A DNA stretch of 41,348 bases from Actinomycetes bacterium (GCA_031422255.1 JANOQG010000442.1:1-41348); one strand, 5' to 3'; positions 20,950 to 29,508 are shown, counted from the first letter of the stretch. Numbers and translations: made by a program. The notes: a model not told the origin generated them from the letters alone.

Positions 20950-21696
20950 ATCGCTGCCGTCACCGCCACCGAGGTCGAGCTTGCCTACGGCCCCCGAACC
21001 GTGCTCGCTGCCGCCAGCTTCACCGTGCCATCAGGTGCCGTGACCGCTGTGATCGGTCCCAATGGCTCCGGCAAGTCAACGCTGCTCCACGCCATTGCCG
21101 GGCTGCTTCAGCCGCGCTCCGGCACGTTGCTGGTTCCAGCCGCCTCGCGTCGTGGCGCGGTGGCATACGTCCTGCAGGCCACGACGGTGAACCGGCATCT
21201 GCCGCTCACCGTGCGGGAGACCGTCACGATGGGCCGGTATGCCACCGCCGGGCCCTGGCGCCGCCTCGACGCTGCCGACCGATCCGCTGTGGATGCCGCC
21301 CTCGACGCGCTCGCGATCAGCGACCTCGGCAAACGCCCGCTGCACGAGCTCTCTGGTGGACAGCGCCAACGAGCCTTCGTGGCGCAGGGACTTGCTCAGG
21401 GCGCCGACGTGCTGCTGCTCGATGAGCCGATCACCGGCCTGGACCTCGTCTCACGCCAGCACATCCTTGATGCCATCGCCACTGAACGCGATGCCGGGCG
21501 CGCGGTCATCGTGTCCACCCACGACCTCGGCGATGCCGCGGCAGCGGACCACCTCCTGCTCCTCGCCGGACGCGTCGTGGCCAGCGGTAAGGCCGAAGAC
21601 GTGCTCACCGACGCCCACCTCGCTGACGCGTACGGTGGCCACCTCCTCCGGATCGGCGAGCGAACGCTGATCCTCGACGACCACCCGCACCACTGA
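20950..21696 (+). CDS. Metal ABC transporter ATP-binding protein (ZnuC/MntA-like); start codon unresolved
   Basis: The motifs are Walker A GPNGSGKSTLL, signature LSGGQRQRAF and Walker B LLLDEPITGLD. ABC-like sequence (VTATEVELAYGPRTVL) extends upstream of the first canonical in-frame start, GTG 21001. No ATG/GTG/TTG lies in frame between 20914 and 21000. The 5' end given here is the in-frame ATC at 20950 and is provisional. Confidence 0.85.
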   Translation: MAAVTATEVELAYGPRTVLAAASFTVPSGAVTAVIGPNGSGKSTLLHAIAGLLQPRSGTLLVPAASRRGAVAYVLQATTVNRHLPLTVRETVTMGRYATAGPWRRLDAADRSAVDAALDALAISDLGKRPLHELSGGQRQRAFVAQGLAQGADVLLLDEPITGLDLVSRQHILDAIATERDAGRAVIVSTHDLGDAAAADHLLLLAGRVVASGKAEDVLTDAHLADAYGGHLLRIGERTLILDDHPHH

Positions 21697-22142
21697 TGCC
21701 TGCCGCCGACACCCCCGACGTGCACGTCACGGCCGCAGAGCGGCTGACGGCAGACGGCCAGCGGTACACCACCCAACGTCGCGGTCTGGTGAGCTTGCTG
21801 GCTGAGGCCACGCAGCCGCTCACCATCCCGCAGCTGCTCGAGCGTCGGCCAGGCCTGGCGCAGAGCTCGGCCTATCGCAATCTGGCCGTGCTGGAGCGCG
21901 CTGGTGTCGTGCACCGCATCGTGACCACCGACGAGTTCGCCCGCTACGAGCTCGCCGAGGACCTCACGCACCATCACCACCACCTCATCTGCACGAGCTG
22001 TGGGGGCGTGACCGACTTTGAGGTGTCGGAAGCGGCCGAGCACGACCTCGAGGCCGCACTCAGCACCGTCGCCGCCCGCACGGGCTTCGTGGTCCGCCAC
22101 CATCGCCTCGACCTCGTCGGCACCTGTCCCACCTGTTCCTGA
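21696..22142 (+). CDS. Fur-family metalloregulator (Zur-like)
   Basis: 148 aa. It has a winged-helix region (TTQRRGLVSLLAEATQPLTIPQLL), a His cluster with the first CxxC (HHHHHLICTSCGG), and a C-terminal CPTC. The ATG overlaps the ATPase stop by 1 nt (TGATG). Confidence 0.85.
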   Translation: MPAADTPDVHVTAAERLTADGQRYTTQRRGLVSLLAEATQPLTIPQLLERRPGLAQSSAYRNLAVLERAGVVHRIVTTDEFARYELAEDLTHHHHHLICTSCGGVTDFEVSEAAEHDLEAALSTVAARTGFVVRHHRLDLVGTCPTCS

Positions 22143-22152
22143 CGAGACCCAG

Positions 22153-22830
22153 ATGCGCTCTCACCTACGTGCCGTCGCGAGCCCCGGGGTGTGCCTCCTC
22201 CTCACCGGATGTGCCAACCGTGGTGTGGCGTCCGGGCCGTCCGCACCCCAAGGCGCGGGCACCTGGTTGCTGGTCTGGGCGGCCGCGGGCCTCGCCGTCG
22301 CCGTGGTCGCTGCCCTCATCATGCGGGTCCACGTGCCCGCCAGCGGTGGAGCCAGAATCGCCACAACAGTCCTGGCCTTCCACGCTGGTGCCGTCCTCGT
22401 CGGCGGGGCACTGCTGATTGGTCTCGCGGTACGAAGTGGGCCGCTTGCCAATGCCAAAGCGGCTGGAACGCCCGCGTCAGGCACCTCGCTGATCCGAGTA
22501 AGCGTGACCGACGGGGATCCCCGCTTCTTCACCCTGATGCTCGGGGTCGTCGTCCTTCTGAGCGCATCGTTGGCCCTCGCACTCACCATGGCCGCCAGAT
22601 TCGCCCATGACGGTCACGTGATCGAGAGGACCGTGGCCTGCGCGGTGCTGGGCCTCGAGCTCGTCCTCGCCACCTACGGGCTGGCGCTTGTGTTTTGGGG
22701 CCACCGCGAGTGGCCGTACGTCGTCGCCGCCCTCCACGTTCCGGTGCTCACCATCGCCATCGCCACGTGCTGGCCCCCATCGTCGGGACCACCCGACTCT
22801 GAAACGCGGTACAACGGGATCCATGGCTGA
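22153..22830 (+). CDS. Hypothetical polytopic membrane protein with a lipoprotein-like N-terminus
   Basis: The ATG at 22153 gives MRSHLRAVASPGVCLLLTGCANRG, which contains an LTGC lipobox. At least five hydrophobic helices follow. I recognise no family motif. Confidence 0.55.
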   Translation: MRSHLRAVASPGVCLLLTGCANRGVASGPSAPQGAGTWLLVWAAAGLAVAVVAALIMRVHVPASGGARIATTVLAFHAGAVLVGGALLIGLAVRSGPLANAKAAGTPASGTSLIRVSVTDGDPRFFTLMLGVVVLLSASLALALTMAARFAHDGHVIERTVACAVLGLELVLATYGLALVFWGHREWPYVVAALHVPVLTIAIATCWPPSSGPPDSETRYNGIHG

Positions 22831-24265
22831 CGTGACCTCTCGGACGGACCTGTTCATCGGCGGCGAGTGGAGGCCCGCGGCGAGCGGCGAGCGCTTCGAC
22901 GTCCACGACCCGGGCACCGAGCAGGTCATCGCGTCCGTCGCCAATGCGGGAGCCGACGATGCCCGCGCCGCGGCCCAGGCCGCTGCTGACGCCCAGCCGG
23001 GCTGGGCCGCCATGGCCCCGCGGGCCCGCGCCGAGATCCTCCGTCGGTCCTGGGAGCTGCTCACCGAGCGCGCCGACGAGCTCGCCCGCCTGATCACGCT
23101 CGAGAACGGCAAGGTGCTCGCCGAGGCCAAGGGCGAGATCACCTACGCCGCCGAGTTCTTTCGCTGGTTCAGTGAGGAGGCCGTGCGCCTCCGAGGTGAG
23201 CTCACCACTGCTCCGGGCGGCGCCAACAAGATCCTCGTGATCCACCAGCCCGTCGGCGTGGCCTACCTCGTCACGCCGTGGAACTTCCCTGCGGCCATGG
23301 CCACCCGCAAGATCGCTCCGGCCCTGGCCGCCGGTTGCGCCGTCGTGCTGAAGCCGGCCACCCTCACCCCGCTCACAGCCTTGGCGGTAGCCGACGTCCT
23401 CCACGAGGCCGGGGTACCGGGGGGCGTTGTCAACGTTGTGCCGGGCAACAGTGCTCGCGCCATCACCACCGCGGTCCTCGAGCACGAGCGGGTGCGGAAG
23501 CTCTCCTTCACCGGCTCCACAGAGGTCGGTCGGATGCTCATCGAGCAAGCGGCAGGACGCGTCCTCAACGTGTCCATGGAGCTCGGGGGCAACGCGCCGT
23601 TCATCGTCCTCGCGGACGCCGATCTCGACGCAGCGGTCGAGGGGGCAATGATCGCGAAGATGCGTCACAACGGTGAGACCTGCACCGCCGCGAACCGCTT
23701 CTACGTCGAGGCCCCCGTGGCCGACGAGTTCGCCGCACGCCTCGCCAAGGCCATGGGAGCGCTCCCGATGGGCCACGGCCTGGACGAGGGCACCCGCCTG
23801 GGGCCGCTGGTCGACGCCCCCACTCGCGACAAGGTGGCCGAGCTGGTCGACAGCGCACTCGGAGCGGGGGCCAAGGCCGCGGTCGGCGGAGCGGTTCCCG
23901 AGGGCACCGGCTACTACTACCCCGCCACCGTGCTCACCGGAGTTGCCGCCGACAACCCGATCCTCGCCGAGGAGATCTTCGGGCCGGTGGCACCAATCGT
24001 GAGCGTCGCCGATGCCGACGAAGCGATCCTCCTCGCCAATCGCTCCACGATGGGCTTGGTCAGCTACGTCTACACCCGCGATCTTGCCAAGGGTCTCCAG
24101 GTGGCCGAAGCCCTCGAGTCCGGGATGGTCGGACTCAACAAGGGGATCGTGTCAGACCCGGCAGCGCCCTTCGGCGGCGTGAAGGAGTCGGGCATCGGCC
24201 GAGAGGGCGGCCACGAAGGCATGCTCGACTACACCGAGACGAAGTACATCGCCACCGACTGGTAG
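22823..24265 (+). CDS. gabD: NAD(P)-dependent succinate-semialdehyde dehydrogenase
   Basis: 480 aa. LFIGGEWRPAASGERFDVHDPGTEQVIASVANAG, VTPWNFPAAMATRKIAPALAAGC, ELGGNAPFIV and the catalytic-Cys region NGETCTAANRFYV follow the GabD/ALDH layout. The ATG overlaps the upstream gene by 8 nt. Confidence 0.9.
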   Translation: MADVTSRTDLFIGGEWRPAASGERFDVHDPGTEQVIASVANAGADDARAAAQAAADAQPGWAAMAPRARAEILRRSWELLTERADELARLITLENGKVLAEAKGEITYAAEFFRWFSEEAVRLRGELTTAPGGANKILVIHQPVGVAYLVTPWNFPAAMATRKIAPALAAGCAVVLKPATLTPLTALAVADVLHEAGVPGGVVNVVPGNSARAITTAVLEHERVRKLSFTGSTEVGRMLIEQAAGRVLNVSMELGGNAPFIVLADADLDAAVEGAMIAKMRHNGETCTAANRFYVEAPVADEFAARLAKAMGALPMGHGLDEGTRLGPLVDAPTRDKVAELVDSALGAGAKAAVGGAVPEGTGYYYPATVLTGVAADNPILAEEIFGPVAPIVSVADADEAILLANRSTMGLVSYVYTRDLAKGLQVAEALESGMVGLNKGIVSDPAAPFGGVKESGIGREGGHEGMLDYTETKYIATDW

Positions 24266-24274
24266 GACACCCGG

Positions 24275-24991
24275 ATGCCCCCGGTGATCATCGCTCATCG
24301 CACGTTGCCCCTCGACGCCGCTGAGAACAGCATCGAGGGGATCAGAAAGGCGGTCGAGCTCGGCGCCGACTACGTCGAGATCGATGTTCGGCGCACCCGC
24401 GACGGCGTGCCCGTGATGCTTCACGATGCCCTCCTGCTGCGCACCACACTGCGTCCGTGGCCGGTGTCGTGGGCCACAGCGAAGGGCCTCTGCCGAGCCA
24501 AGCTCCGCGGTAGTCACCAGTCGGTGCCTACCTTCGCCGAGGCGGTCGACGCGCTCTCGCCGGGCCTGGGGCTCGCCATCGACACGAAGGACCCCGGCGC
24601 GGCTGAGGCGATCGTCCGCGAGCTCCGGAACCAAGGAGCACTCGATCGCGCGCTTCTCTGGGCCCAATCCACCTCCGCCGTGCGCTGGTATGCCGACCAC
24701 GCTGGCGAGGAAGCGGCTGAGGTGGCGCTGCTCCGGGATGCCTTCACCCCGGAAGCGATCGACTGCTTCTTGACCGACGCCACCGCTTGCGGGGCGACCG
24801 CCATCAGTGCTCACCAATCCACCGTCGACCTCGCGTTCATCGAGCGAGCGCACGAGCTCGGACTCAAGGTCCACTGTTGGTTCCAAGACGAGGGGACGCA
24901 GGAACGCCTCGCCACCCTGCCGCTCGACGGCATCGTCACCGATTGGCCCGTCGACGCCCGTGCACGAAGCGGGGGCGGGAACCAGCAGTAA
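24275..24991 (+). CDS. Glycerophosphodiester phosphodiesterase (GDPD) family protein
   Basis: IIAHRTLPLDAAENSIEGIRKAVELGADYVEIDVRRTRDGVPVMLHD carries the HR...EN...E.D...H.D catalytic pattern of GDPD enzymes. Confidence 0.8.
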   Translation: MPPVIIAHRTLPLDAAENSIEGIRKAVELGADYVEIDVRRTRDGVPVMLHDALLLRTTLRPWPVSWATAKGLCRAKLRGSHQSVPTFAEAVDALSPGLGLAIDTKDPGAAEAIVRELRNQGALDRALLWAQSTSAVRWYADHAGEEAAEVALLRDAFTPEAIDCFLTDATACGATAISAHQSTVDLAFIERAHELGLKVHCWFQDEGTQERLATLPLDGIVTDWPVDARARSGGGNQQ

Positions 24992-25001
24992 GGTCGCTCC
25001 C

Positions 25002-25220
25002 ATGTGCATGGGGTGCATGAGCAACGCCGACTTTCTCGTCACCAGCGGAGTGATGGGCATGGCCAGCCTTCGAATCGGTCTCCGCCGGATCCTGCCGGTC
25101 ACTCCCGCCTTCGCCCGACCCGTCACCGACCTCGAAGCCGAAGCCTTCGTGGCGTCGCTCAGTCCGGCTCCCATCGGTATCCCCGACACCGCCGACGCTG
25201 CCGTTCCCGCTGTCTGCTGA
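25002..25220 (+). CDS. Candidate small protein (72 aa) with an N-terminal CxxC, hypothetical
   Basis: The ATG at 25002 lies about 10 nt after an AAGG. The product is MCMGCMSNADFLVTSGVMGMASLRIGLRRILPV...AAVPAVC. Third codon positions are mostly G/C, like neighbouring genes. It fills the GDPD-PAP2 spacer exactly. I recognise no family. Confidence 0.35.
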   Translation: MCMGCMSNADFLVTSGVMGMASLRIGLRRILPVTPAFARPVTDLEAEAFVASLSPAPIGIPDTADAAVPAVC

Positions 25221-25245
25221 CCAGCCGCGCCGAAGGGCTCTCGTC

Positions 25246-25842
25246 TTGGCGGCGGGGGCAGCAACGGTGCTCTGCGCGTCGACAGTGCTCATCGCCGGGC
25301 ACCACGGTCCCCTGCTCGGGGAGCTCGGGCTCCTCGAGGCCACGAACGGCCTCCCACGAGCGATCGGCCTTCCCCTCGAGGCGCTGATGCAGCTGGGTAC
25401 CACTGGCGTAGCGCTCATCGTTGCGGCACTGGTGGCGGTGGCGACGGCGCGGCGAGGCCTCGCGCCAACGACCACGGTCCTGCTCGCCGTCCTCGGGGCA
25501 CACAGCTTGGACAACATCGTGAAGGAGATCATCGAGCGGCCCCGCCCCAGCATGCGCGTCGACACGATCACGGTGCGAGACGCGGCCAGCGGGTTCGCGT
25601 TCCCCTCTGGGCACACCACCACCGCCTTCGCCCTCGCCACAACCGTGGCGTTGCTGCTGCCTGGACGCTGGCGTTGGGTGCCCTTCGGGATGGCCGCCGG
25701 CGCGGCGACCGCTCGGATGTATGTCGGTGTGCATTGGCCCAGCGACCTCATCGGGGGCGCCGCACTCGGGACGCTGATCGGCGCCGGAACCTGGCTGATC
25801 ATCGACGCCCTCAGCCGCCAAGCCCACCTGTCCTCGGCCTGA
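25246..25842 (+). CDS. PAP2 superfamily lipid phosphate phosphatase
   Basis: All three PAP2 motifs are present: KEIIERPRP (KxxxxxxRP), FPSGHTT (PSGH) and ARMYVGVHWPSDL (SRxxxxxHxxxD-like). There are several TM helices. It starts with TTG per the ORF track. Confidence 0.85.
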   Translation: MAAGAATVLCASTVLIAGHHGPLLGELGLLEATNGLPRAIGLPLEALMQLGTTGVALIVAALVAVATARRGLAPTTTVLLAVLGAHSLDNIVKEIIERPRPSMRVDTITVRDAASGFAFPSGHTTTAFALATTVALLLPGRWRWVPFGMAAGAATARMYVGVHWPSDLIGGAALGTLIGAGTWLIIDALSRQAHLSSA

Positions 25843-25867
25843 CCCGCGACTACCGTCGGCACCCAAC

Positions 25868-26104
25868 ATGTCCACGCCCCCCGAGCCAGCACCGCTTCCC
25901 CTTGGGGCCCCCACCGGCCGGCCCGGCGACCCTTCCTGGTACACCCGTAGATTCGAGCTGGGCCTGTACCTCGTGGCGGGAATCGCCTACGTCGGTTTCG
26001 GCATGTTCAACAAGTGGTTGCTCAACTGGATCGTCGGCCCACTCTGGCTGGTGGCCTGGGTCTGGCTGGTTCCGGCCATCATCGATCGAGTGCGGCGCCG
26101 ATGA
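25868..26104 (+). CDS. Small two-TM membrane protein, hypothetical
   Basis: 78 aa. A Pro-rich N-terminus is followed by LGLYLVAGIAYVGFGMF and IVGPLWLVAWVWLVPAII. The stop overlaps the next ATG (ATGA at 26101-26104). Confidence 0.5.
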   Translation: MSTPPEPAPLPLGAPTGRPGDPSWYTRRFELGLYLVAGIAYVGFGMFNKWLLNWIVGPLWLVAWVWLVPAIIDRVRRR

Positions 26105-26964
26105 GCTGGGCTGCGCATCAGTTCGAGACCTACGCGATCCAGGCCCACCTGCCGAAGCGCTGGGTGGGCAAGGTGAGCTACCTGGCCATCGTGACCGGCG
26201 ACCAGATCCCCGACTTCGTCGCCAAGTTCTGGGTATACGGCTTCGACTACGGCGGCACCCACTACGGATCCTCCGAGCCGTACAAGTTCCACCGCGGATG
26301 GCCAGGCGCCGGGTTCAGCCACAGCCTCGGGTTTGCAGCGCTCGTCGCGCTCATCATCTACCTCTCCACAAAGTCGAAGCCGTGGACGACAGGCGTGCTG
26401 CTGGGCATGGCAGCGCACTCGATAACGGACATCAACGACACCGTCGGCACCATGCTGGCCTTCCCGTTCTCGACCGAGAACTACTCGATCGGTACCTGGG
26501 CATACGCCGCCACTCCGGGCGGCAAGTACCTCGACGCACGCGCGTACTACTCCAGCTTCGGCTTTGTGATGGACGCGTTGTGGCTCGTGATCCTGCTCAT
26601 GGGTTGGCGCGTTCTCACGGAGCGCTACTGGCGCGAGACCATCGTGACGTCAGACCCAAAGGTGTGGGCCTGGCTCGGTCGACGGCTGCCACAACGAGTG
26701 CTCTTGGCGGTCTACCGCGCCACGTTCTTCTACGGCCTCGCCCGCCTTGTCGCCTGGACAACTTGGGCCCACGCCCTGCACCCGGACAACCTCCGCGGCT
26801 GGGACCTCACCTGGGGAGGGCCACAGTGGATCCCTGCGTTCAAGCTCACCACCACCACCCCCGGGGTCGCGTTGCTCGTCTCGATCGCCTTCGCCGCAAT
26901 CGTGCTGTTCGCCGTCGACCGCATCCTCCGGCCGCGCGGCGCCTTCGGCAGAGGTGCACCATGA
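26101..26964 (+). CDS. Membrane-bound metal-dependent hydrolase, YdjM/DUF457-like
   Basis: FHRGWPGAGFSHSLGFAALVALII resembles the HRG.THS motif of DUF457. A later AAHSITDINDT His/Asp motif is present, and there are multiple TM helices. Confidence 0.65.
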   Translation: MSWAAHQFETYAIQAHLPKRWVGKVSYLAIVTGDQIPDFVAKFWVYGFDYGGTHYGSSEPYKFHRGWPGAGFSHSLGFAALVALIIYLSTKSKPWTTGVLLGMAAHSITDINDTVGTMLAFPFSTENYSIGTWAYAATPGGKYLDARAYYSSFGFVMDALWLVILLMGWRVLTERYWRETIVTSDPKVWAWLGRRLPQRVLLAVYRATFFYGLARLVAWTTWAHALHPDNLRGWDLTWGGPQWIPAFKLTTTTPGVALLVSIAFAAIVLFAVDRILRPRGAFGRGAP

Positions 26965-26977
26965 GGACCTGCCCCTC

Positions 26978-27745
26978 GTGAGCGCTCCCCCGATCGATCA
27001 GACCACGCTCGACACTGCCGTCGCCCTCGCCCAGGAGGCCGGCCGCCGCACGCTGCGATGGTTCCGATCACCCGATCTCGAGATCGAGCAAAAGGGCGAC
27101 GGCACTCCGGTCACTGCAGCCGACAAAGACGCAGAGCGCTTCCTCCGGGAGCAGCTCGCCGTGGCCTTCCCCGGCGACGGAGTGCTCGGCGAAGAGGAAG
27201 GACCCACCGAATCCACCACCGGCCGACGCTGGGTGATCGATCCGATCGACGGCACGAAGGCGTTCACCTGCGGGGTGCCGCTCTATTCGAATCTCCTCGC
27301 CCTCGAGGACGAGCACGGCATCGCCGTGGGCGTGGTCAACCTGCCCGGCCTCGGAGAGACCGTGTGGGCCGGCCGAGGCCTGGGCTGCTGGTCCGAGCGC
27401 GGGCCGGCGCGGGTGCAAAGCCAATCGTCACTTGCCGGCGCCTACGTCATGTCGAGCTCCTTCGCCCAATGGGACCGAACCCAGCTCGACGCCCTGGAGC
27501 GCGCCGGCGTCGTCCTTCGCACCTGGGGTGACGGCTATGGCTACGCACTCGTGGCGACCGGCCGGGTAGCCGCGATGGTCGACCTCGTCGCCGAGCCCTA
27601 CGACCTCGGCCCGATGCCCGTGCTCCTGGCCGAGGCCGGGGGCCGCTTCACCGATCTTGCAGGGCGAGACGGGATCGAGGGCCGAAGCGGGTTGGCCACC
27701 AACGGTCCGATCCACGATGAGCTGTTAGCCCTGCTCGGCTCCTAA
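26978..27745 (+). CDS. Inositol monophosphatase family protein (IMPase / HisN-like)
   Basis: The motifs are GDGVLGEEEG and WVIDPIDGTKAF (the DPIDGT metal site), with a C-terminal WGDGYGYALVATG region. The start was taken at GTG 26978, and GTG 26954 is also possible. Confidence 0.85.
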   Translation: MSAPPIDQTTLDTAVALAQEAGRRTLRWFRSPDLEIEQKGDGTPVTAADKDAERFLREQLAVAFPGDGVLGEEEGPTESTTGRRWVIDPIDGTKAFTCGVPLYSNLLALEDEHGIAVGVVNLPGLGETVWAGRGLGCWSERGPARVQSQSSLAGAYVMSSSFAQWDRTQLDALERAGVVLRTWGDGYGYALVATGRVAAMVDLVAEPYDLGPMPVLLAEAGGRFTDLAGRDGIEGRSGLATNGPIHDELLALLGS

Positions 27746-28327
27746 GGCTGGGACATCGGCCACCGCATCGAGCAGGACGGCACGTGCTCGCGCGACCCGC
27801 GACCGGATTGTGCCGATCGGCACGCCACCAACCTCAGCCGCTTCCGCGTAGGACAAGCCCACTACCTGGGTGAGCACGAAGGCCTCGCGCCGATCAGGAT
27901 CGAGCGCCTCGATCATCTCGTCGAGCTCGATCTCCCCAGTGCGGGGCGCGACTGACGAGCTGGTGAGATCGGCGCGCTGCGCAAGCCGATCCAGCAGAGC
28001 GCGTCCTCGCGTGCGTCGGCGCACATGATCGGCGCATGCGAACCGCGTGATCTGCAAGAGCCACGTGCGCGCGGACGCTTCGGCCCGGAAGCCCGCCAGC
28101 GCTGACAACACACGCAGGTACACGTCTTGGGTGAGATCGTCGGCAGCATCGCGATCTCCTAGCCGAGCGCAGACCCGCCACACCTCCGGCTGGGTTCGGC
28201 GTACGAACGTCGACATCGCCACTCGATCACCCTCGGCGGCCGCCACCGCCAACGCGGTCAGATCATCCACGGCGAGCAGTGTGGTGCCTCGCGAACCGCT
28301 GGACGCAGTCGAGGACCACCCCACCAT
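27725..28327 (-). CDS. ECF-type RNA polymerase sigma-70 family factor
   Basis: Region 2 is DLTQDVYLRVLSALAGFRAEASARTWLLQITRFACADHVRRR. Region 4 is REAFVLTQVVGLSYAEAAEVGGVPIGTIRSRVARAR. The 3' end overlaps the convergent IMPase gene by 21 nt. Confidence 0.85.
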   Translation of the reverse strand: MVGWSSTASSGSRGTTLLAVDDLTALAVAAAEGDRVAMSTFVRRTQPEVWRVCARLGDRDAADDLTQDVYLRVLSALAGFRAEASARTWLLQITRFACADHVRRRTRGRALLDRLAQRADLTSSSVAPRTGEIELDEMIEALDPDRREAFVLTQVVGLSYAEAAEVGGVPIGTIRSRVARARAVLLDAVADVPALGAEQG

Positions 28328-28500
28328 GCTCGGTGATCCACACCATGGGGCTCTGTCAGCGCTCCCCTTCCCTCGATCACGCCACCGTCGCTCTCGGAGC
28401 CAGCGCCGCCACCGGCGATCTCGCCGTCGTCAGCGGAGCCCTGCGCCTCCCCACCCCCGAGAACGACGAGGAGCCTGTGCGCGGGCGCGTCTGGAAGCCC

Positions 28501-29508
28501 CTACAGCCAGCCCACCCGCTTGAAGCGGCGGTAGAGGCTGAAGCAGATCACGAGCATCACACCCATCACCACCCAGTACCCGAAGCGGGTCTCGAGCTCA
28601 GGCATGTGCTTGAAGTTCATGCCATAGATGGCTCCCACCACCGTGGGGAAGCCGCCGACGGCGAGCCAGGCCGAGATCGTGCGCATGTCGTTGTTCTGCC
28701 GCACCGTGACCTGGGCCAGGTTCGCGTCCAGCGCGTCCGACAGGAGGTCCCTCGCGTGCGCCAGGGAGCCGACCTCCCTGTGGAGATGGTCCTCGACATC
28801 GCGAAAGTAGCTGTGCAGCTCCGGGTGAGCTCTGGGGATCTGGCCCGCCGCCAACCGACCGAGGGGCTCGAGCAGCGGCTCGATGTTTCGATAGAAGCCG
28901 AGCACCTGGCGCTTCAGCTTGAAGATGCGCTCGCTCGGATCGAAGCCCCGCGGCCGGTTCGTGGCGAACACGTTGGCCTCGATCTCGGCCATGTCGTTGT
29001 CGAGGCCCTGGATCACCGGCTTGTAGTCGTCTACGACCCGGTCGATCACCGCGTGGAGGACCGCCATCGGTCCGCAGCGGATGCGTTCCAGGTCCTGCTC
29101 GATGGTGCGGCGGACATCAGCCAAGGCGCTGGCCTCGCCGTGGCGGACGGTCACGACGTAGTTGGGCCCCACGAAGAGCTGTAGCTCGGCGAACTCCACG
29201 GTCTCGGTGGGGTCGTCGTAGCGGGCGGTCTTGAGCACCACGAAGAGGTTGTCGTCGTAGACCTCGAGCTTCGGCCGCTGGTGGGCGCTCACTGCGTCCT
29301 CCACCGCCAGCTCGTGCAGCCCAAGCTCCTCACGCACCGCCTCGAACTCCTCGTTCGAGGGCTCGTGCAGCCCCACCCAGACGAAGGAGTCGGGTTCGCT
29401 GGCGGTCTCGAGGGCATCCGCGAGCGGGAGCTCCCCATCTCGGCGACGACCCGAGGTGTACACAGCGCAGTCGACGATCACGGTGCCATCATCCCTGATC
29501 AGCACCAC
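28501..29508 (-). CDS. corA: Magnesium/cobalt transporter CorA
   Basis: 335 aa. The signature is YGMNF (GAIYGMNFKHMPE), with two C-terminal TM helices and a long acidic cytoplasmic domain. It starts with GTG. Confidence 0.92.
   Translation of the reverse strand: MVLIRDDGTVIVDCAVYTSGRRRDGELPLADALETASEPDSFVWVGLHEPSNEEFEAVREELGLHELAVEDAVSAHQRPKLEVYDDNLFVVLKTARYDDPTETVEFAELQLFVGPNYVVTVRHGEASALADVRRTIEQDLERIRCGPMAVLHAVIDRVVDDYKPVIQGLDNDMAEIEANVFATNRPRGFDPSERIFKLKRQVLGFYRNIEPLLEPLGRLAAGQIPRAHPELHSYFRDVEDHLHREVGSLAHARDLLSDALDANLAQVTVRQNNDMRTISAWLAVGGFPTVVGAIYGMNFKHMPELETRFGYWVVMGVMLVICFSLYRRFKRVGWL

Noticed and set aside
22748-25892. Several 300-370-aa minus-strand ORFs (22748..23776, 24152..25264, 24936..25892).
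   Set aside because: All are antisense to motif-supported plus-strand genes (gabD, GDPD, PAP2). Their translations are Arg/Gly/Pro/Ala low-complexity sequence.
28279-29184. 301-aa plus-strand ORF spanning the sigma/corA spacer; also considered as a possible anti-sigma factor.
   Set aside because: It is mostly antisense to corA. It has no TM or zinc-finger anti-sigma features and is on the wrong strand for coupling to the sigma gene.
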